From NCBI RefSeq assembly GCF_006345805.1, contig NC_042999.1, positions 150,970,001-151,034,000 of the forward strand: a stretch of DNA of 64,000 nt, written 5' to 3'. Position numbers and translations under genes: made by a program. Positions 50,590 through 61,350 of the stretch are shown here, in pieces (positions within the stretch are counted from its first letter, which is position 1; each line of letters opens with the position of its first letter). This DNA is from Octopus sinensis (Eukaryota). The notes beneath the pieces are model-generated. The model worked only from the letters and a program-made list of their open reading frames with translations, was not told the origin of the DNA and made no database searches.

Positions 50590-51503
50590 TGCATGTGTGT
50601 GTGTGACTGTGGATTTGTTTGGGTGTAAGATTGTGTGTGTGTGTGTGTGCGTGCGTGTGCATGCATGTATTTGTGTGTGTGTGCATGCGTGTATTTATGT
50701 GTGTGCGTGCGTGTGTGACTGTGTGTATTTGTTTTGGTGTGTGTGTGATTGTGTTTTTATTTGTTTGTTCGTGTGTGAGATTGTATGTGTGTATTTGCAT
50801 GTGTATGTATTTGTTTGCATGTGTGTGTACTTTTATGTGCGTGTGTGTGTGTGCATATGTGTGTATTATATTTAAACAAGAATATTATTGACAGTAACTT
50901 TGAAATTTCATCCCATTAAGCCATTGTTAGCTGCCTGAAATATAACTGAAAGCTTGGGCAGGGGAATACATCATACAATACAACACAAACATTTAAATTG
51001 ATAAGATTTTTCTAAAAAAAATAAACAGTTTAAAAAAAGCAACTATTTTTCTGCCTCATTTAATTAAATTAAAGGCCTCAAAACACTTTCAACATTTACG
51101 TTTATCACTTTATTTCATAAATAAAATAGTATATAAAATAATTTATTGCATTTTAACTCCATTAAATTTTGTTCAAAGCAGCATCTCCATATTCTTTTAA
51201 TCTTTTTACCCATCAAGAAATCACTACCAGCTTTTCTGTTGTTGCTATTCCTTGTTATGTATTTTCACAAATTAATGTGTATAATGTTATTTTGTTTTTC
51301 TCTTCTTCTAGCGGACGGGACTGGCATTTTCAAAACTTACTTTTGTGATGGCATGGCTTTGTCGAGAATTGATGACGTTAGTGATTGTAATAGAAGCCTT
51401 TTTAAAGCCACAACAAATTCAGTGGGGTAAAAGAACTTACAGAGTTGACTTCAACGGACTTACACATCTTGTACAAAACAACAGACCAACATTAAACGTG
51501 TGA
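23198..51503 (+). CDS. UGCG: Ceramide glucosyltransferase (glucosylceramide synthase, GT21)-like gene, 9 coding exons, 405 aa: join(23198..23301,24495..24636,38931..39033,40798..40899,42615..42730,42877..43055,43968..44054,49207..49399,51312..51503)
   Basis: Exons assembled by hand. All introns are GT-AG with compatible phases; total 1218 nt, no internal stop. Translation shows UGCG motifs: N-terminal TM helix, [76 protein letters not shown]. Orthology versus paralogy is untested. Confidence 0.93.
23565..23836. mobile_element. hAT (Charlie-like) MITE
   Basis: Ends tagtgattcccaaa / ctgggagccattg; exact 8-bp TSD atctaaat at 23557-23564 and 23837-23844. Confidence 0.85.
24495..24636 (+). CDS. 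UGCG: UGCG-like coding exon 2 (RLCLYQQ...[31 protein letters not shown])
   Basis: tctatgtcag| ... CAG|gtaggt; GT21 motif PGVSxxKPLxGVD. Confidence 0.95.
25205..25490. repeat. Degenerate ~20-bp tandem repeat (tctcacctgtt...)
   Basis: Motif recurs more than 10 times. Confidence 0.7.
25723..26047 (-). mobile_element. SINE family B
   Basis: Reverse-complement match to 55372-55689. Confidence 0.85.
26472..26868 (-). mobile_element. SINE family A
   Basis: Full-length similarity to other copies. Confidence 0.85.
26970..27180. repeat. Degenerate ~42-bp minisatellite, about 5 copies
   Basis: Recurring ttgcctccatga..cccaacacttgaaaggaactcagccac. Confidence 0.75.
29875..29961 (-). ncRNA. Degenerate hammerhead motif (core CUAAAGA instead of CUGANGA)
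   Basis: Minus strand AUUUCC CUAAAGA GAAGAU...AUCUUC GAAAC AU GUC^AGAAGU; stem II perfect, stem I imperfect. Confidence 0.55.
30443..30825 (+). mobile_element. SINE family A nested in a family B SINE (30368-31155, - strand), which also holds a small TTAA MITE at 30862-30984
   Basis: Family B sequence resumes after the insert at aagtggttgagtactccac. Confidence 0.85.
31836..32095. repeat. Compound (CCAT)n/(TCAA/TGAA)n microsatellite inside a family A SINE
   Basis: Direct reading. Confidence 0.85.
32611..32928 (-). mobile_element. ~320-bp hammerhead-bearing element inserted in the (TA)n tract of a SINE
   Basis: Flanked on both sides by (TA)n. The host SINE 5' half (32402-32565) and 3' half (32990-33178) lie on either side. 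Confidence 0.6.
32783..32857 (-). ncRNA. Minimal type I hammerhead ribozyme motif (Penelope/retrozyme-like)
   Basis: Minus strand reads AUCUUA CUGAAGA GCCU-(36 nt)-AGGC GAAAC UGCA GUC^UAAGAU: 6-bp stem I, full core, 4-bp stem II, short stem III with palindromic loop, GUC cleavage site. Confidence 0.8.
34676..34893 (-). mobile_element. 3' fragment of the same CR1-type LINE family
   Basis: Reverse complement resembles 13913-14047, including atgagttgtagtgcacctgagca. Confidence 0.8.
36666..37330 (+). mobile_element. Three head-to-tail SINE family C copies (core gcctttcatcctttcggggtcgataaattaagtaccag, resembling the Meta-type SINE core)
   Basis: Units start near 36667, 36892 and 37111, each ending ...agtagaaaggattat. 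Core-domain identity is from memory. Confidence 0.85.
38185..38668 (+). mobile_element. SINE-like family D with (ATG)n tail and three internal 63-bp tandem units; other copies near 15272-15590, 19735-19990, 22120-22597, 24761-25160, 41518-42030, 50120-50330, 55890-56040
   Basis: Shared tggttggcattaggaagggcatccagctgtagaaac...catggaaagcggacgttaaacgatgatgatg. Units start at 38315, 38378 and 38441. Confidence 0.8.
38931..39033 (+). CDS. UGCG: UGCG-like coding exon 3 ([35 protein letters not shown]; D1 motif)
   Basis: ctaatttcag| ... TAG|gtaaat; matches EVLLCVQDHDDPAI of the mammalian enzyme. Confidence 0.95.
39066..39430 (-). mobile_element. SINE family A just downstream of exon 3
   Basis: Full-length similarity. 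Confidence 0.85.
39838..40430 (-). mobile_element. Tandem SINE family C array
   Basis: Three repeats of the core. Confidence 0.8.
40798..40899 (+). CDS. UGCG: UGCG-like coding exon 4 ([33 protein letters not shown])
   Basis: attctag| ... AAG|gtttgt; aligns without gaps to [33 protein letters not shown]. Confidence 0.92.
40922..41322 (-). mobile_element. SINE family A (older variant) just downstream of exon 4
   Basis: Full-length similarity. Confidence 0.8.
42083..42463 (-). mobile_element. SINE family A
   Basis: Full-length similarity. Confidence 0.85.
42615..42730 (+). CDS. UGCG: UGCG-like coding exon 5 ([38 protein letters not shown])
   Basis: tttgttttcag| ... AAG|gtaaaa; VGLVHxxP and GFAA motifs. 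Confidence 0.95.
42877..43055 (+). CDS. UGCG: UGCG-like coding exon 6 ([11 protein letters not shown]...GMSYLLRK...[15 protein letters not shown]; D3 motif)
   Basis: ttgattccag| ... TCG|gtaaat; AEDY retained (GAC at 43024-43026). Confidence 0.95.
43968..44054 (+). CDS. UGCG: UGCG-like coding exon 7 ([29 protein letters not shown])
   Basis: ctaattacag| ... CAG|gtaatc; first part of the RxxRW motif. Confidence 0.93.
44255..44424. mobile_element. hAT MITE
   Basis: caggggtctccaga / tttgggcccttg ends; 8-bp TSD tactacag/tactatag; inserted in a family C SINE. Confidence 0.75.
45090..45255. mobile_element. GC-rich hAT MITE
   Basis: cagggccggttc / gggccggacctg ends; 8-bp TSD gttcccat/gtccccat; inserted in a family A SINE remnant. 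Confidence 0.8.
45925..47283 (-). mobile_element. Tandem SINE family C array (about 5-6 full or partial units); another at 44433-44812
   Basis: Repeated gaaaggatgaaaggcaaagtcgacc...gaatttgaactcagaa. Confidence 0.8.
46959..47121. mobile_element. Tc2/pogo-type MITE
   Basis: TIRs ccatattctaacatgtataaggaaccc / gggttccttatacacattaaaatatgg with TA on both sides; splits a family C SINE at its TA. Confidence 0.85.
47295..48279 (+). mobile_element. Three tandem piggyBac-like MITEs; the middle copy is interrupted by an inverted duplication
   Basis: Copies at 47295-47522, 47535-48026 and 48050-48279, each TTAA-CC(C)TT...AAGGG-TTAA. Further partial copies at 23845-24150 and 52330-52548. Confidence 0.8.
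48410..48889 (-). mobile_element. Mariner transposon 5' fragment (TIR plus N-terminal HTH of transposase, ORF 48720-48400)
   Basis: TA + cgaggggcgttcaataagtaatgcccc terminus; [17 protein letters not shown]...YGDDAPSY...W..EFK.G...PRSGRP. Confidence 0.9.
49207..49399 (+). CDS. UGCG: UGCG-like coding exon 8 ([24 protein letters not shown]...DYLQLKNIQ)
   Basis: Long pyrimidine tract ttccag| ... CAG|gtgagt; W of RxxRW, EPxxEC, DYxQL. Confidence 0.95.
51312..51503 (+). CDS. UGCG: UGCG-like coding exon 9 ([21 protein letters not shown]...[15 protein letters not shown]...LNV*)
   Basis: tcttcttctag|; matches the FSKLDYAVAWFIRE...ISWRTGRYRL pattern; TGA at 51501-51503. Confidence 0.92.
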   Translation, partial: RTGLAFSKLTFVMAWLCRELMTLVIVIEAFLKPQQIQWGKRTYRVDFNGLTHLVQNNRPTLNV

Positions 51504-51520
51504 CAGTCACATCAACATAT

Positions 51521-51526
51521 AATAAA
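51521..51526 (+). terminator. Candidate proximal polyadenylation signal AATAAA
   Basis: 17 nt after the stop codon. The hexamer is common in AT-rich DNA, so this is weak evidence. Confidence 0.3.
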
Positions 51527-54500
51527 AAACAATCATTTTACTGAAGACGTGGGGTGGAAAAAATATTCCAGTCTCTATAAATTCTTCTTGATTTCACTTT
51601 CCATTCAAACTATTTCCTCAGAATTATGAAGAAACTTCTTGTGTATTTTGCGAAGAATGCCAATGAATTTTTGGTCAAGAAAATACAAAGAAACAGAGAA
51701 AGAAGGAAGTCATTTTTGTATGCTGAAAAATTTGCTTCATCAAAGGTTCTGCAAGATAGAATCTATATTTTAGTTTTTGGTTTGAGGATACAACTTGCAT
51801 TTATAAATTATAGAGAATGTCTACTGTTATACATAACTTAGATATTATATGCACTGAAGGTAATACAGCAGTGCAATTCTCTTTCATTTACCATGTAATT
51901 CTCTTCTGCTCTTCAAGTTATTTTCTCTTATTCTTAAAATGGTCAAATATCTGAATCTTCCATCTATTTTTCAAAGCATCTTTTACATTTTCTGGGGTTT
52001 TTTCCTTCCTTTTGGTACTTCAAGAATCCCTAATTTATAAGACTTTTACCAACAAAACTATTTTTAGAAAAAAATCTATTTGAAAATAATAATCTCTTCC
52101 TAAGAAAGAGACAGATAGAGTGAAGTGGGGGTCTGTCCTTCCTATTTGAAAGATATATTTAACTTCCTAAGCAAGTCTTTCCACATCTTGATCATTGACT
52201 TTATATGTCAGATGGAAAGATATCCACATGGCATGCTAATCCTCTTGGATATGACAATGGACAGGATCTGTGAGAATGATATAATTAATTCGGTGATCGA
52301 AGTGTTCTAAGTGGTTATTTAATCTTTTTCATACCAAGCTGCTACTTGAAACCACTCTTGGTTCCATGATACAAACTTCTTGTCTGAAGTCATCTGAATA
52401 ATATCCTCCCATCAAATTTTTCATGCGAATTATGTTCCAAATATCAGTTTAATAATGACCAAGTTATTTTACCAAATTCTTCATTATTTTCAAAAATAAG
52501 TAAAACAGAACTAGTCTATTTCAACAGAAATATTTTAATGATAGGTTAACGAATGAATGGTCTCAAGGTTCTTCCTTAAAAAATAATTTTAATCTCCAAG
52601 TAAATTATTTTCAAGTAAATTTTATCATTTATTTTTATGTGTAACATAAAATATTTCACACTTCTAAAGATGGTAAGCCACAGAAATTAGAATTTTCAGG
52701 CTGACTACAGAAAATATATTTTAACATTATACTATAGCTTGGTCATGAATATGAACATCTACTCTTGCTCAAATTTATTGTTTTGGAAATGTGAGGTTTG
52801 TAATGACTTTTTTTTTAACGATGGTAAAATCATCATGTCATAGAAGTAAGCCCTTAGTTTTTTTAAATGATAAATGTTTCAGTGATATTGAGTCAACATT
52901 AGTTGACAGAATTAGTTTAGGCTGTTCTACAGTGTGATTGCATCTATCATAATCTAGATCTGTATGAGGACTTAGTCTCAATACTGAAAACTAGTGAAAC
53001 ACTGGTTAACTAGAGATTGGCTCCTAAAAGCATAAGTGACTAAGACAGTAGGGTACTGGATATCTGACTAAGAGGCCAGATTTTAACATCTCATCAACAT
53101 TTTGTGGTGTCCATAGTTAATACTTGGCTTTTCATAGTTACACTCACCTAGTTGCAAGGTGACACCTGTTGGAAGGTACCACATCTACTTAACTTTGAGG
53201 TGGTACATAGTTGTGAGATGGCTCCTAGCTGTAAATTAGGTGTAACATTTTCCAGCAAGATACCAGATATCACCTTGTTACTAGGTGCCACCCAGGTATT
53301 TACCAAAGTGTGACTTTGTGACTGTAAAATAGTACCCAGTTAGAAAGGGGCACTGAGTTGCAAGATGGTACCTAGATGTGAGGCAACATCTAACTTTGAA
53401 ATGATACCTAGCTACTAGAAGGTGAATATATGTGGCACTCTGTTATGATGATGAGGGTTCCAGTTGATTCAATCAACAGAACAGCCTGCTCATGAAATTA
53501 ACATGTAAGTGGCTGAGCCCTCTACAGACATGTGTACCCTTAACGTAGTTCTAGGGGAGATTCAGCATGACACAGAGTGTGACAAGGCTGGCCCTTTGAA
53601 ATACAGGTACAACAGAAACAGGAAGAAAGAGTGAGAGAAAGTTGTGGTGAAAGAGTACAGCAGGGTCTGCTACCACTCCCTGCTGAAGCCTCGTGGAGCT
53701 TTAGGTGTTCTCGCTCAATAAACACAACACCTGATCTGGGAATCGAAATCGCGATCCTATGACCATTAGTCAGCTGCCCTAACTACTGGGCTATTGTGCC
53801 TCCACGAAGGTGAATCTAACATACCACTGTATTCAGTGGTAACAACAGAACTGCCAAATCCACAACTGATTAATTAACTTGCTCTACTAAACTCAATTCC
53901 TCTTGTGAGAGAAGTTATGTATAATAGATAAATGTTCTCTCCAGGAAGTTATTTACCTCAGATATAAATACTAGTTCTATGTATCTTTGTGATCGAAATG
54001 GAGTGAAGGAGGTTATCTTTTAACCTACTGCTTACAATGATAAATTGTGCCTTGTTGGGTATTTATTTATAGCAAGAAGACTTGAACCATTGAGGACTAA
54101 GTGTCTTAGCCAGGGACACGGCATGGCTGATATGACAAAGGACATTAACACTTCACTTGATAAACTGTAACTTTGATATAAATTGAGGCTAAATGTTAAT
54201 GAAATTCACAAACGAAGGTGTATTTTTGCCACCACTATTTCCTACCCTACCTTCACACAGCTCACATCTGCAAGCAGTGGGAGCACTATCCAACCGAAGA
54301 CTGTTTCATGAGCATACATTGTTGACTTAACATTTTTCTCTCCCCTGATTGTCTCTTGGAGAAGGATGAACTCCACTAAATTAACACACCATAATTAGGG
54401 GACCATTACATGCCCCTTTTTGCAATTTCATTAGATTGAGAGACTTACCTGATTTTTACTTTCTCCCTCTCTCTCTCTTTCTACCTCCCTATACTCCCTC

Positions 54501-55371
54501 TCTGTCTATCTCCCCTCCAACACTTTCTCCACTCCTCCTCTATCCTCACCTCCACCCCTCTCTCTGAAGAAGTCTATTGTTGTAATGTCCTGTTTCTTCC
54601 ACCAACCTACATGAACTTTATCATGACTAAACATTTTGAGAGTTGCTCATACATAGAAGAAATTTGATAGAATTTGTTGTTTTCTGTTAAGATTTTTATT
54701 TATTTTATTTTATTTTATTTCATTTTATTTTATTACTATTATTTTCTTTTGTGTTGTTCTCTTTGTAAATAAAATATAAAAAAGACAGTTGAGTTTTAAT
54801 CAACTGTTGGACAAATCCTCCGAATTTTTATTTTTAATAAAACACTGACTCTGCTGCTTCCAGCATTTGAAGAGAAAAGAATGAGAGAGAGAGTTAGATG
54901 TATGTGTGTGTATGTGTGTGTGTGTGTAGGCATGGCTGTGTGGTAAGAAGTTTGCTTCCCAACCACATGGTTCTGGGTTCAGTCCCATTGTGTGACACCT
55001 TGGGCAAGTGTCTTTCAATTATAGCTCCAGACTGGCCAAAACCTTGTGAGTGAAGTAAGTGGATTTGGTTGAGGAGAACTGAAAGATGCCTGTGTGTGTG
55101 TGTGTGTGTGTGTGTGTCCTCCATCACTTAGTGGTTCAGCATTAGAGACTGATAGACTAAGTATTAGGTTTATAAAAAAAATTAGTACTGGGATTGATTC
55201 ATTTTGCTAAAATATATATGCCCCAGCATGGCCGCGGCCTTCAGGCTAAAACATTTTTAAGGAAGGATTTAAGGATATATGCACACACACACTTTAATAT
55301 ATATATTTATGTGTCTGATCTGGCAGTGTTTCTACAGCTATATACATGTATATATGAATGTATATACATAT

Positions 55372-55689
55372 AGCATGGCTTAGTGGTTAGAGGCATTCGG
55401 CTCGTGATCGTAATGTCGTGAGTTCAATTCCCGGCAATGCATTGTGTCTTAGAGCAAGACACTTTATTCTACATTGCTCCAGTCCACTCAGCTAGCAAAA
55501 ATAAGCATTACTTGTATTTCAAAGGGCCGACCTTATCACACACTGTGTCATGCTCAATCTCCCTGAGAACTACATTAAGGGTACATGTGTCTGTGGAGTG
55601 CTCAGCCACTTGCACAGTAATTTCATGAGTAAGCTGCTCTGTTGATCGTATCAGCTGGAACCCTCAACATCATAACTGACGGAGTGCTC
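55372..55689 (+). mobile_element. SINE family B (tRNA head tggcttagtggttag...gagttcaattccc, body gagcaagacacttta); other copies at 4035-4328, 20071-20385, 25723-26047, 53433-53805 (all - strand)
   Basis: Pol III A/B boxes and a shared ~310-bp body across copies. Confidence 0.85.
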
Positions 55690-56075
55690 CTATAAGAATT
55701 AAACTTCTTATAAATTTTAACACCTTGTCTCCTCCATTTTTAACAAAATTGATGGGATATATTGAACTGCATTCCATAAATACATCATACATTATATACA
55801 ATTACTACTTTCATATCTTTGCAAATTTACACCTGTAAACTACCAGCAAACTATGAAGAATCAACATAAGAAATCTTTTTTGGAATCACTCATTACACTC
55901 CTGGAGTGGTTGGCATTTGGAAGGGCATCCAGCTGTAGGAACCATGCCAAATCAGAGTGGAACCTGATGCAGCTCTCTGGATTACTAGTTCCATTCAAAC
56001 CATGTAACCCATGCCAGCATGAAGAGATAGATGTTAAATGAGGATACATATATATATATATACACATATACATAT

Positions 56076-56478
56076 AGGCACAGGAGTGGCTGCATGGTAA
56101 GTAACTTGCTTACCAACCACATGGTTTCGGGTTCAGTCCCACTGCGTGGCATCTTGGGCAAGTGTCTTCTGCTATAGCCTTGGGCCAACCAAAGCCTTGT
56201 GAGTGGATTTGGTAGATGGAAACTGAAAGAAGCCCATCGTATATATGTTTATATGTATATATATATATATATGCGTGTGTGTGTCTGTGTTTGTCCCCAT
56301 AGCATTGCTTGACAACCGATGCTGGTGTGTTTATGTCCCCATTACTTAGCGGTTCGGCAAAAGAGACCGATAGAATAAGTACTGGGCTTACAAAAGAATA
56401 AGTCCCGGGGTTGAGTTGCTCGATTAAAGGCGGAGCTCCAGCATGGCCACAGCCAAATGACTGAAAGAAGTAAAAGAG
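56076..56478 (+). mobile_element. SINE family A
   Basis: Full-length similarity, head ggcacaggagtggctg. Confidence 0.85.
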
Positions 56479-56869
56479 AGTATATATATACACACACACA
56501 CACACACAGATAAAATGTGTAAAAGTGTTTGAGAGAGAGAGAGAGAAAGGAAGAATTATGGTTTAATATCGTGTCTTATGCTTACAGGTTCAGCCACTCC
56601 AATAAAGTGGCTTCATTAAAAAAAAAAAGTAAGCCCAAAACAAATTGGGATTTTTTTGTTTTGTTTTAATTTAATCTGTGATTATTAAAGAAACTGGAAA
56701 AAAAACTGTTTATTTTCCATCTATTTACAAGAACAATGTTTCTTCTCTTTGTGGGTTATTCACTACCATATTTTAGAAAATAATATTGATTTAAAAAAAA
56801 AAAATTCTTGTAATACCAGATTGCCTCTTTTCAAAATTTTTGATATTATATTTATGTGTGTGAGTGTGT

Positions 56870-56870
56870 G

Positions 56871-56901
<31 letters not shown>

Positions 56902-56971
56902 CATTTATATATGTGCATATATATGTATATATATATAAATGTATGTGTATGTGTAGTTATATATACATATA

Positions 56972-57007
<36 letters not shown>

Positions 57008-57079
57008 CATTTATATATGTGCATATATATGTATATATATATATAAATGTATGTGTATGTGTAGTTATATATACATATA

Positions 57080-57115
<36 letters not shown>

Positions 57116-57257
57116 CATTTATATATGTGCATATATGTATATATATATATATATATACATTTATATATGTATATATATATATATATACATTTATATATGT
57201 ATATATATATATATATATACATTTATATATGTATATATATATATATATATACATTTA

Positions 57258-57291
<34 letters not shown>

Positions 57292-57300
57292 CATACATGT
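56870..57300. repeat. Compound (TA)n/(TG)n tract with higher-order duplications
   Basis: Direct reading. Comparable simple-repeat fields at 410-540, 795-910, 9350-10150, 14905-15052, 15950-16150 and 50560-50865. Confidence 0.9.
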
Positions 57301-57949
57301 GTGTATGTGTATTAATACATGCATGTTTATGTGTATGTGTGTCTGTGTATGGTTTGTGCATTGTGTTTGTCTGTGTTTGATAGTTTCGTATGTCGACTGT
57401 GTCTGTCTGTATGTGTGTGCGTGTATGTATTTTTGTGTGTGTACCTGTATGTATGTTCATGTGAATGCTTACCATTCTTTACCTATATGCTTCTAGGCTA
57501 AATTTCTAAGTGTACATGCCCACCTAAGAGTCTGTTTGTATGCATATGTCAGTCTATAGCATTGTTTGCTAATTATGCTTCTGTTTGTAATACACCTTCG
57601 TGTGTGAATTTAAGGCATGTTTCAGAGAAGCTTCTAGTAATATCATTGTTTGTGCAACTTTAATTTAAAAAAAAAAGAAAAAAAAACTAACATATTTTTA
57701 TAAATGTATAAAACAACAATAAAATAAATATTTGTAAATTACTCCAGAAATGGCCTTACTCTGACTCAACTGGAAAAAAAATCTTTTAAAATATTTCAGT
57801 GAAATGTAATGTTAATGATAATAATAATTATAATAATTTATTCGAATTTTTATTATTTATTATTTTTTTTTTTTTTGCTGTTGCTCTTTACTTATTGAAT
57901 TCTTAATGTTTGCTTTAAACTCAATCTTGTATGTTAGTTATTTCTTTTC

Positions 57950-59590
57950 TTCTCTAGGCACAAGGCCCGAAATTTGTGGGGAGGAGGAAAGTTAGATTGA
58001 CCCCGGTACGCAACTGGTTCTTAATTTATCGACCCCAAAAGGATGAAAGGCAAAGTCGAAAGGCGGAATTTGAACTCAAAACGTAGCGGCAGACGAAATA
58101 CCTATTTCTTTACTACCCACAAATGGCTAAACACAGAGAGGATAAACAAGGACAGACAAACGGATTAAGTCGATTATATCGACCCCAGTGCGTAACTGCT
58201 ACTTATTTAATCGACGCCGAAAGGATGAAAAGCAAAGTTGACCTCGGCGGAATTTGAACTCAGAACGTAGCGGCAGACGAAATACGGCTACGCATTTCGC
58301 CCGGCGTGCTAACGTTTCTGCCAGCTCGCCGCCCTAATTTCTGTTATTTCAATTAATTTAGGATCTCTCTGGGAAAATTATCCAGGACCTAAAAAAAGAC
58401 CCGAAAAATGAATTTGAAATATTATGTTGTAAAAATTCAATTTTTTTTGCAAAGAGTTTAAAAATAATGATGAGCTTATTGTATACAATGCTCAGACGCA
58501 CACTATAAAGTCATCAGGAATGGTTAAAAGAGAGGACAGAGAGCAGACATAAAAGTCAAGTAAAGAAAGAGCAACAGAAGCCAAACGTCGAAGGCGGCGA
58601 GCTGGCAGAATCGTTAGCACGCCGGGCGAAATGCTTAGCGGTATTTCGTCTGCCGTTACGTTCCGAGTTCAAATACCGCCGAGGTCGACTTTGCCTTTCA
58701 TCCTTTCGGGGTCGATTAAATAAGTACCAGTAACGCATTGGCAGAATCGTTAGCACGCTGGGCGAAATGCTTAGTGGTGTTTCGTCTGCCGTTACGTTCT
58801 GAGATCCAATACCGCCGAGGTCGACTTTGCCTTTCATCCTTTCGGGGGTCGATTAAATAAGTAGCAGTTACGCACTGGGGTCGATATAAGTTTGTCTGTC
58901 TTTGTCCTCCCTGTGTTTAGCCCCTTGTGGGTGGTAAAGAAATAGGTATTTCGTCTGCCGTTACGTTCTGAGTTCAAATTCCACCGAGGTCGACCGATTA
59001 AATGAGTACCAGTTACGCACTGGAGTCGATGTAATCGACTCAATCCCTTTGTCTCCTCTATGTTTGGCCTCCTGTGGGCAATAAAGAAATAAATAGAAGC
59101 CCAAAGTGCGTTTACAGAATCCAGAATAAAACGCAAAAAGACAGAAAAGTGGACAGTAAAAGAGCCATAAAGAGGAAAGGGTGGAGTAATGTTTGCGTAT
59201 TTGGGGAAAAATGGGATTTTTGAAGGATGCAGTGTTCTGACAGGTAAAAATTGTGTTTTGATAATTCTAGGTGCGAAAATATGTTTCTGAAAGTCATGGG
59301 TACCGTGCTGTTTATATGCATTTTTCATTTCCAGACTTTCGTGAGAAACCCCTCTGACCATGAGGAAATATTCTTTTCTACTCTAGGCACAACGCCTGAA
59401 ATTTTTTATGAGGGGGGGGGGATTCGATTAGATCGACCTCAGTATGCAACTGGTACTTAATTTATTGTCCCCGAAAGGATGAAAGGCAAAATCGACCTCG
59501 ACGGAATTTGAACTCCGAACGTTAAGACAGACGAAATACCGCTAAAGCATTTCGCCCGCCGTGCTAACAATTCTGCCAGCTCGCCACCTT
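57950..59590. mobile_element. Cluster of SINE family C copies in alternating orientation (- 57950-58332, + 58590-59095, - 59372-59590)
   Basis: CpG-rich, closely similar copies. Confidence 0.85.
59170..59345 (-). mobile_element. Decayed 3' ORF2 fragment of the CR1-type LINE; likely tail remnant near 58475-58505
   Basis: NAYKQHGTHDFQKHIFAPRI resembles HAYKVRKQYSSHDFRKHFFTLRV of the long copy. Confidence 0.65.
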
Positions 59591-60822
59591 GACCATGGGG
59601 AAATATTACCTTGTTTAGTGGCAGGTTAGTGTTGAAGACGGCAGGAAGATGTCCTTCCTGCCTCAACGAATTCTGTCTGACCCATGCAAGCATGGAAAAG
59701 TGAATGTGAAAACGACGAAGATGTTAGGATATTGATTCCTCCTCCTTGCTACATAGATACAAATTGTTGGGAAGAGTTAAGTTTGGCTGTTATAATTTAT
59801 AATTTATCAGTTTGAGAAGAATCGAAAGCAAAGTCGATGCTGATGAGATTTTTAACTGAGAAGGGATATAATTTACTACTACAATTAGTTCTGTTCAACT
59901 CTCTATTTGTTCTCCAGGGTTAAATAAATTAATTAATGAAGATAATATACTGGAAATGGATAGGGAAAGAAGTGTTCGTGTTGAATAGTGTCAGTATTTG
60001 ATCGGTAGTAATTTCATTGTCTACAGAAGAATGAAAGTGAATCCGATGAGACTCGAACTAGAACGTAAAGGAATGTAATTAAGTATTATACGACATTTTG
60101 TCTGGTCTACGATTAACTCGATCACTCCATTTTGTATGAATAATTGTAGTAAAATTAAAATTAAATATCACGCAAGACTCAAAATAAAGTGGTACAACTT
60201 AAGGGAGATAACTCCAAGAGTTATGTCCCCTAGACTTTCAACTCCGATGAAGTTTCATGAAAAAAAAAGTTGGAAACTTTTGATTAACTGAAACTATCCA
60301 AGGAATTGGTTGAGAGAAGAATTGTTGGAAATCTTAAAAACACAAGCATCAGAGCAAGTCCCTTGCAGCATTTATTTCGGCTCTTAGTGCCGAGGTCATC
60401 TTTGCCTTTCATTCTTTCAGGATAGATAAAAAAAGAACCAGTCTGAAGAAATGGATTGGCGGAACTATTAAGACGTCGGATCAGACGATTTGCGATATCT
60501 GTTCCGGCTCGTAACTACCTGAGCTGAAATCCCGCTAAGATACTAACGAAGTCCGTTTTATTGCAAGTATTCGGCAAGGTGAAATTTTTATGAAGAGACT
60601 TGCACATTACCTTCTCTCTTAAATGTGATGAATGCTCTCGCACGTCATAAAAGCAGTCGATCGATATTTCTGAATAATACTGAATATACAGATTGGAGTG
60701 GAACTAGTCTTCAAAAACCAACCAGTGTAAGTAAAATACATGTTTCAGTTTTAGTGAAGCATATATACTCATACACACATATACACTCTGTATGTGTGTG
60801 TGTATATAGATATATATATATA

Positions 60823-61230
60823 TCTTTTACTTGTTTCAGTCATTTGACTGTTGCCTTGCTGGAGCACCGCCTTTAGTCGAACAAATCGACCCCAGGACTT
60901 ATTCTTGTAGTACTTATTTTATCGGTCTCTTTTGTCGAACCGCTAAGTTACGGGGACGTAAACACACCAGCATCGGTTGTCAAGCGATGTTGAGGGGGGG
61001 GGGCAAACACAGCCACTCAAACATATACACACACAAACATACATCTATACAAATATATACATATATACGACGGGCTTCTTTCAGTTTCCGTCCACCAAAT
61101 CCACTCACAAGGCTTTGGTCGGCCCGAGGATATAATAGAAGACACCTGCCCAAAGTTTCACGCAGTGGGACTGAACCCGGAACCATGTGGTTCGTAAGCA
61201 AGCTACTTACCACACAGCCACTCCTACGCC
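60823..61230 (-). mobile_element. SINE family A (CpG-rich, probably young)
   Basis: Full-length similarity. Confidence 0.85.
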
Positions 61231-61350
61231 TGATTATATATATAGATATATCAAATATGTATGTGTGTGTGTACATATGCGTATATGTACGTGTTTATAC
61301 ATAAATGCCTATACACATACAGACATGCACGCACACACGCACGCACACAC

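Noticed and set aside
51626-52310. Short ORFs after the UGCG-like stop
   Set aside because: No homology or splice support; probably 3'UTR or intergenic.
53140-53420. Structured repeat array (acctagttg.aaggtg-like units)
   Set aside because: Highly degenerate ~19-bp minisatellite with no further organisation visible.
55372-55445. tRNA gene
   Set aside because: The tRNA-like A/B boxes continue directly into a multi-copy SINE body; no complete cloverleaf was established.
56588-56606. Alternative terminal exon (cttacag|gttcag...aataaa)
   Set aside because: Short pyrimidine tract; motifs expected by chance in AT-rich DNA.
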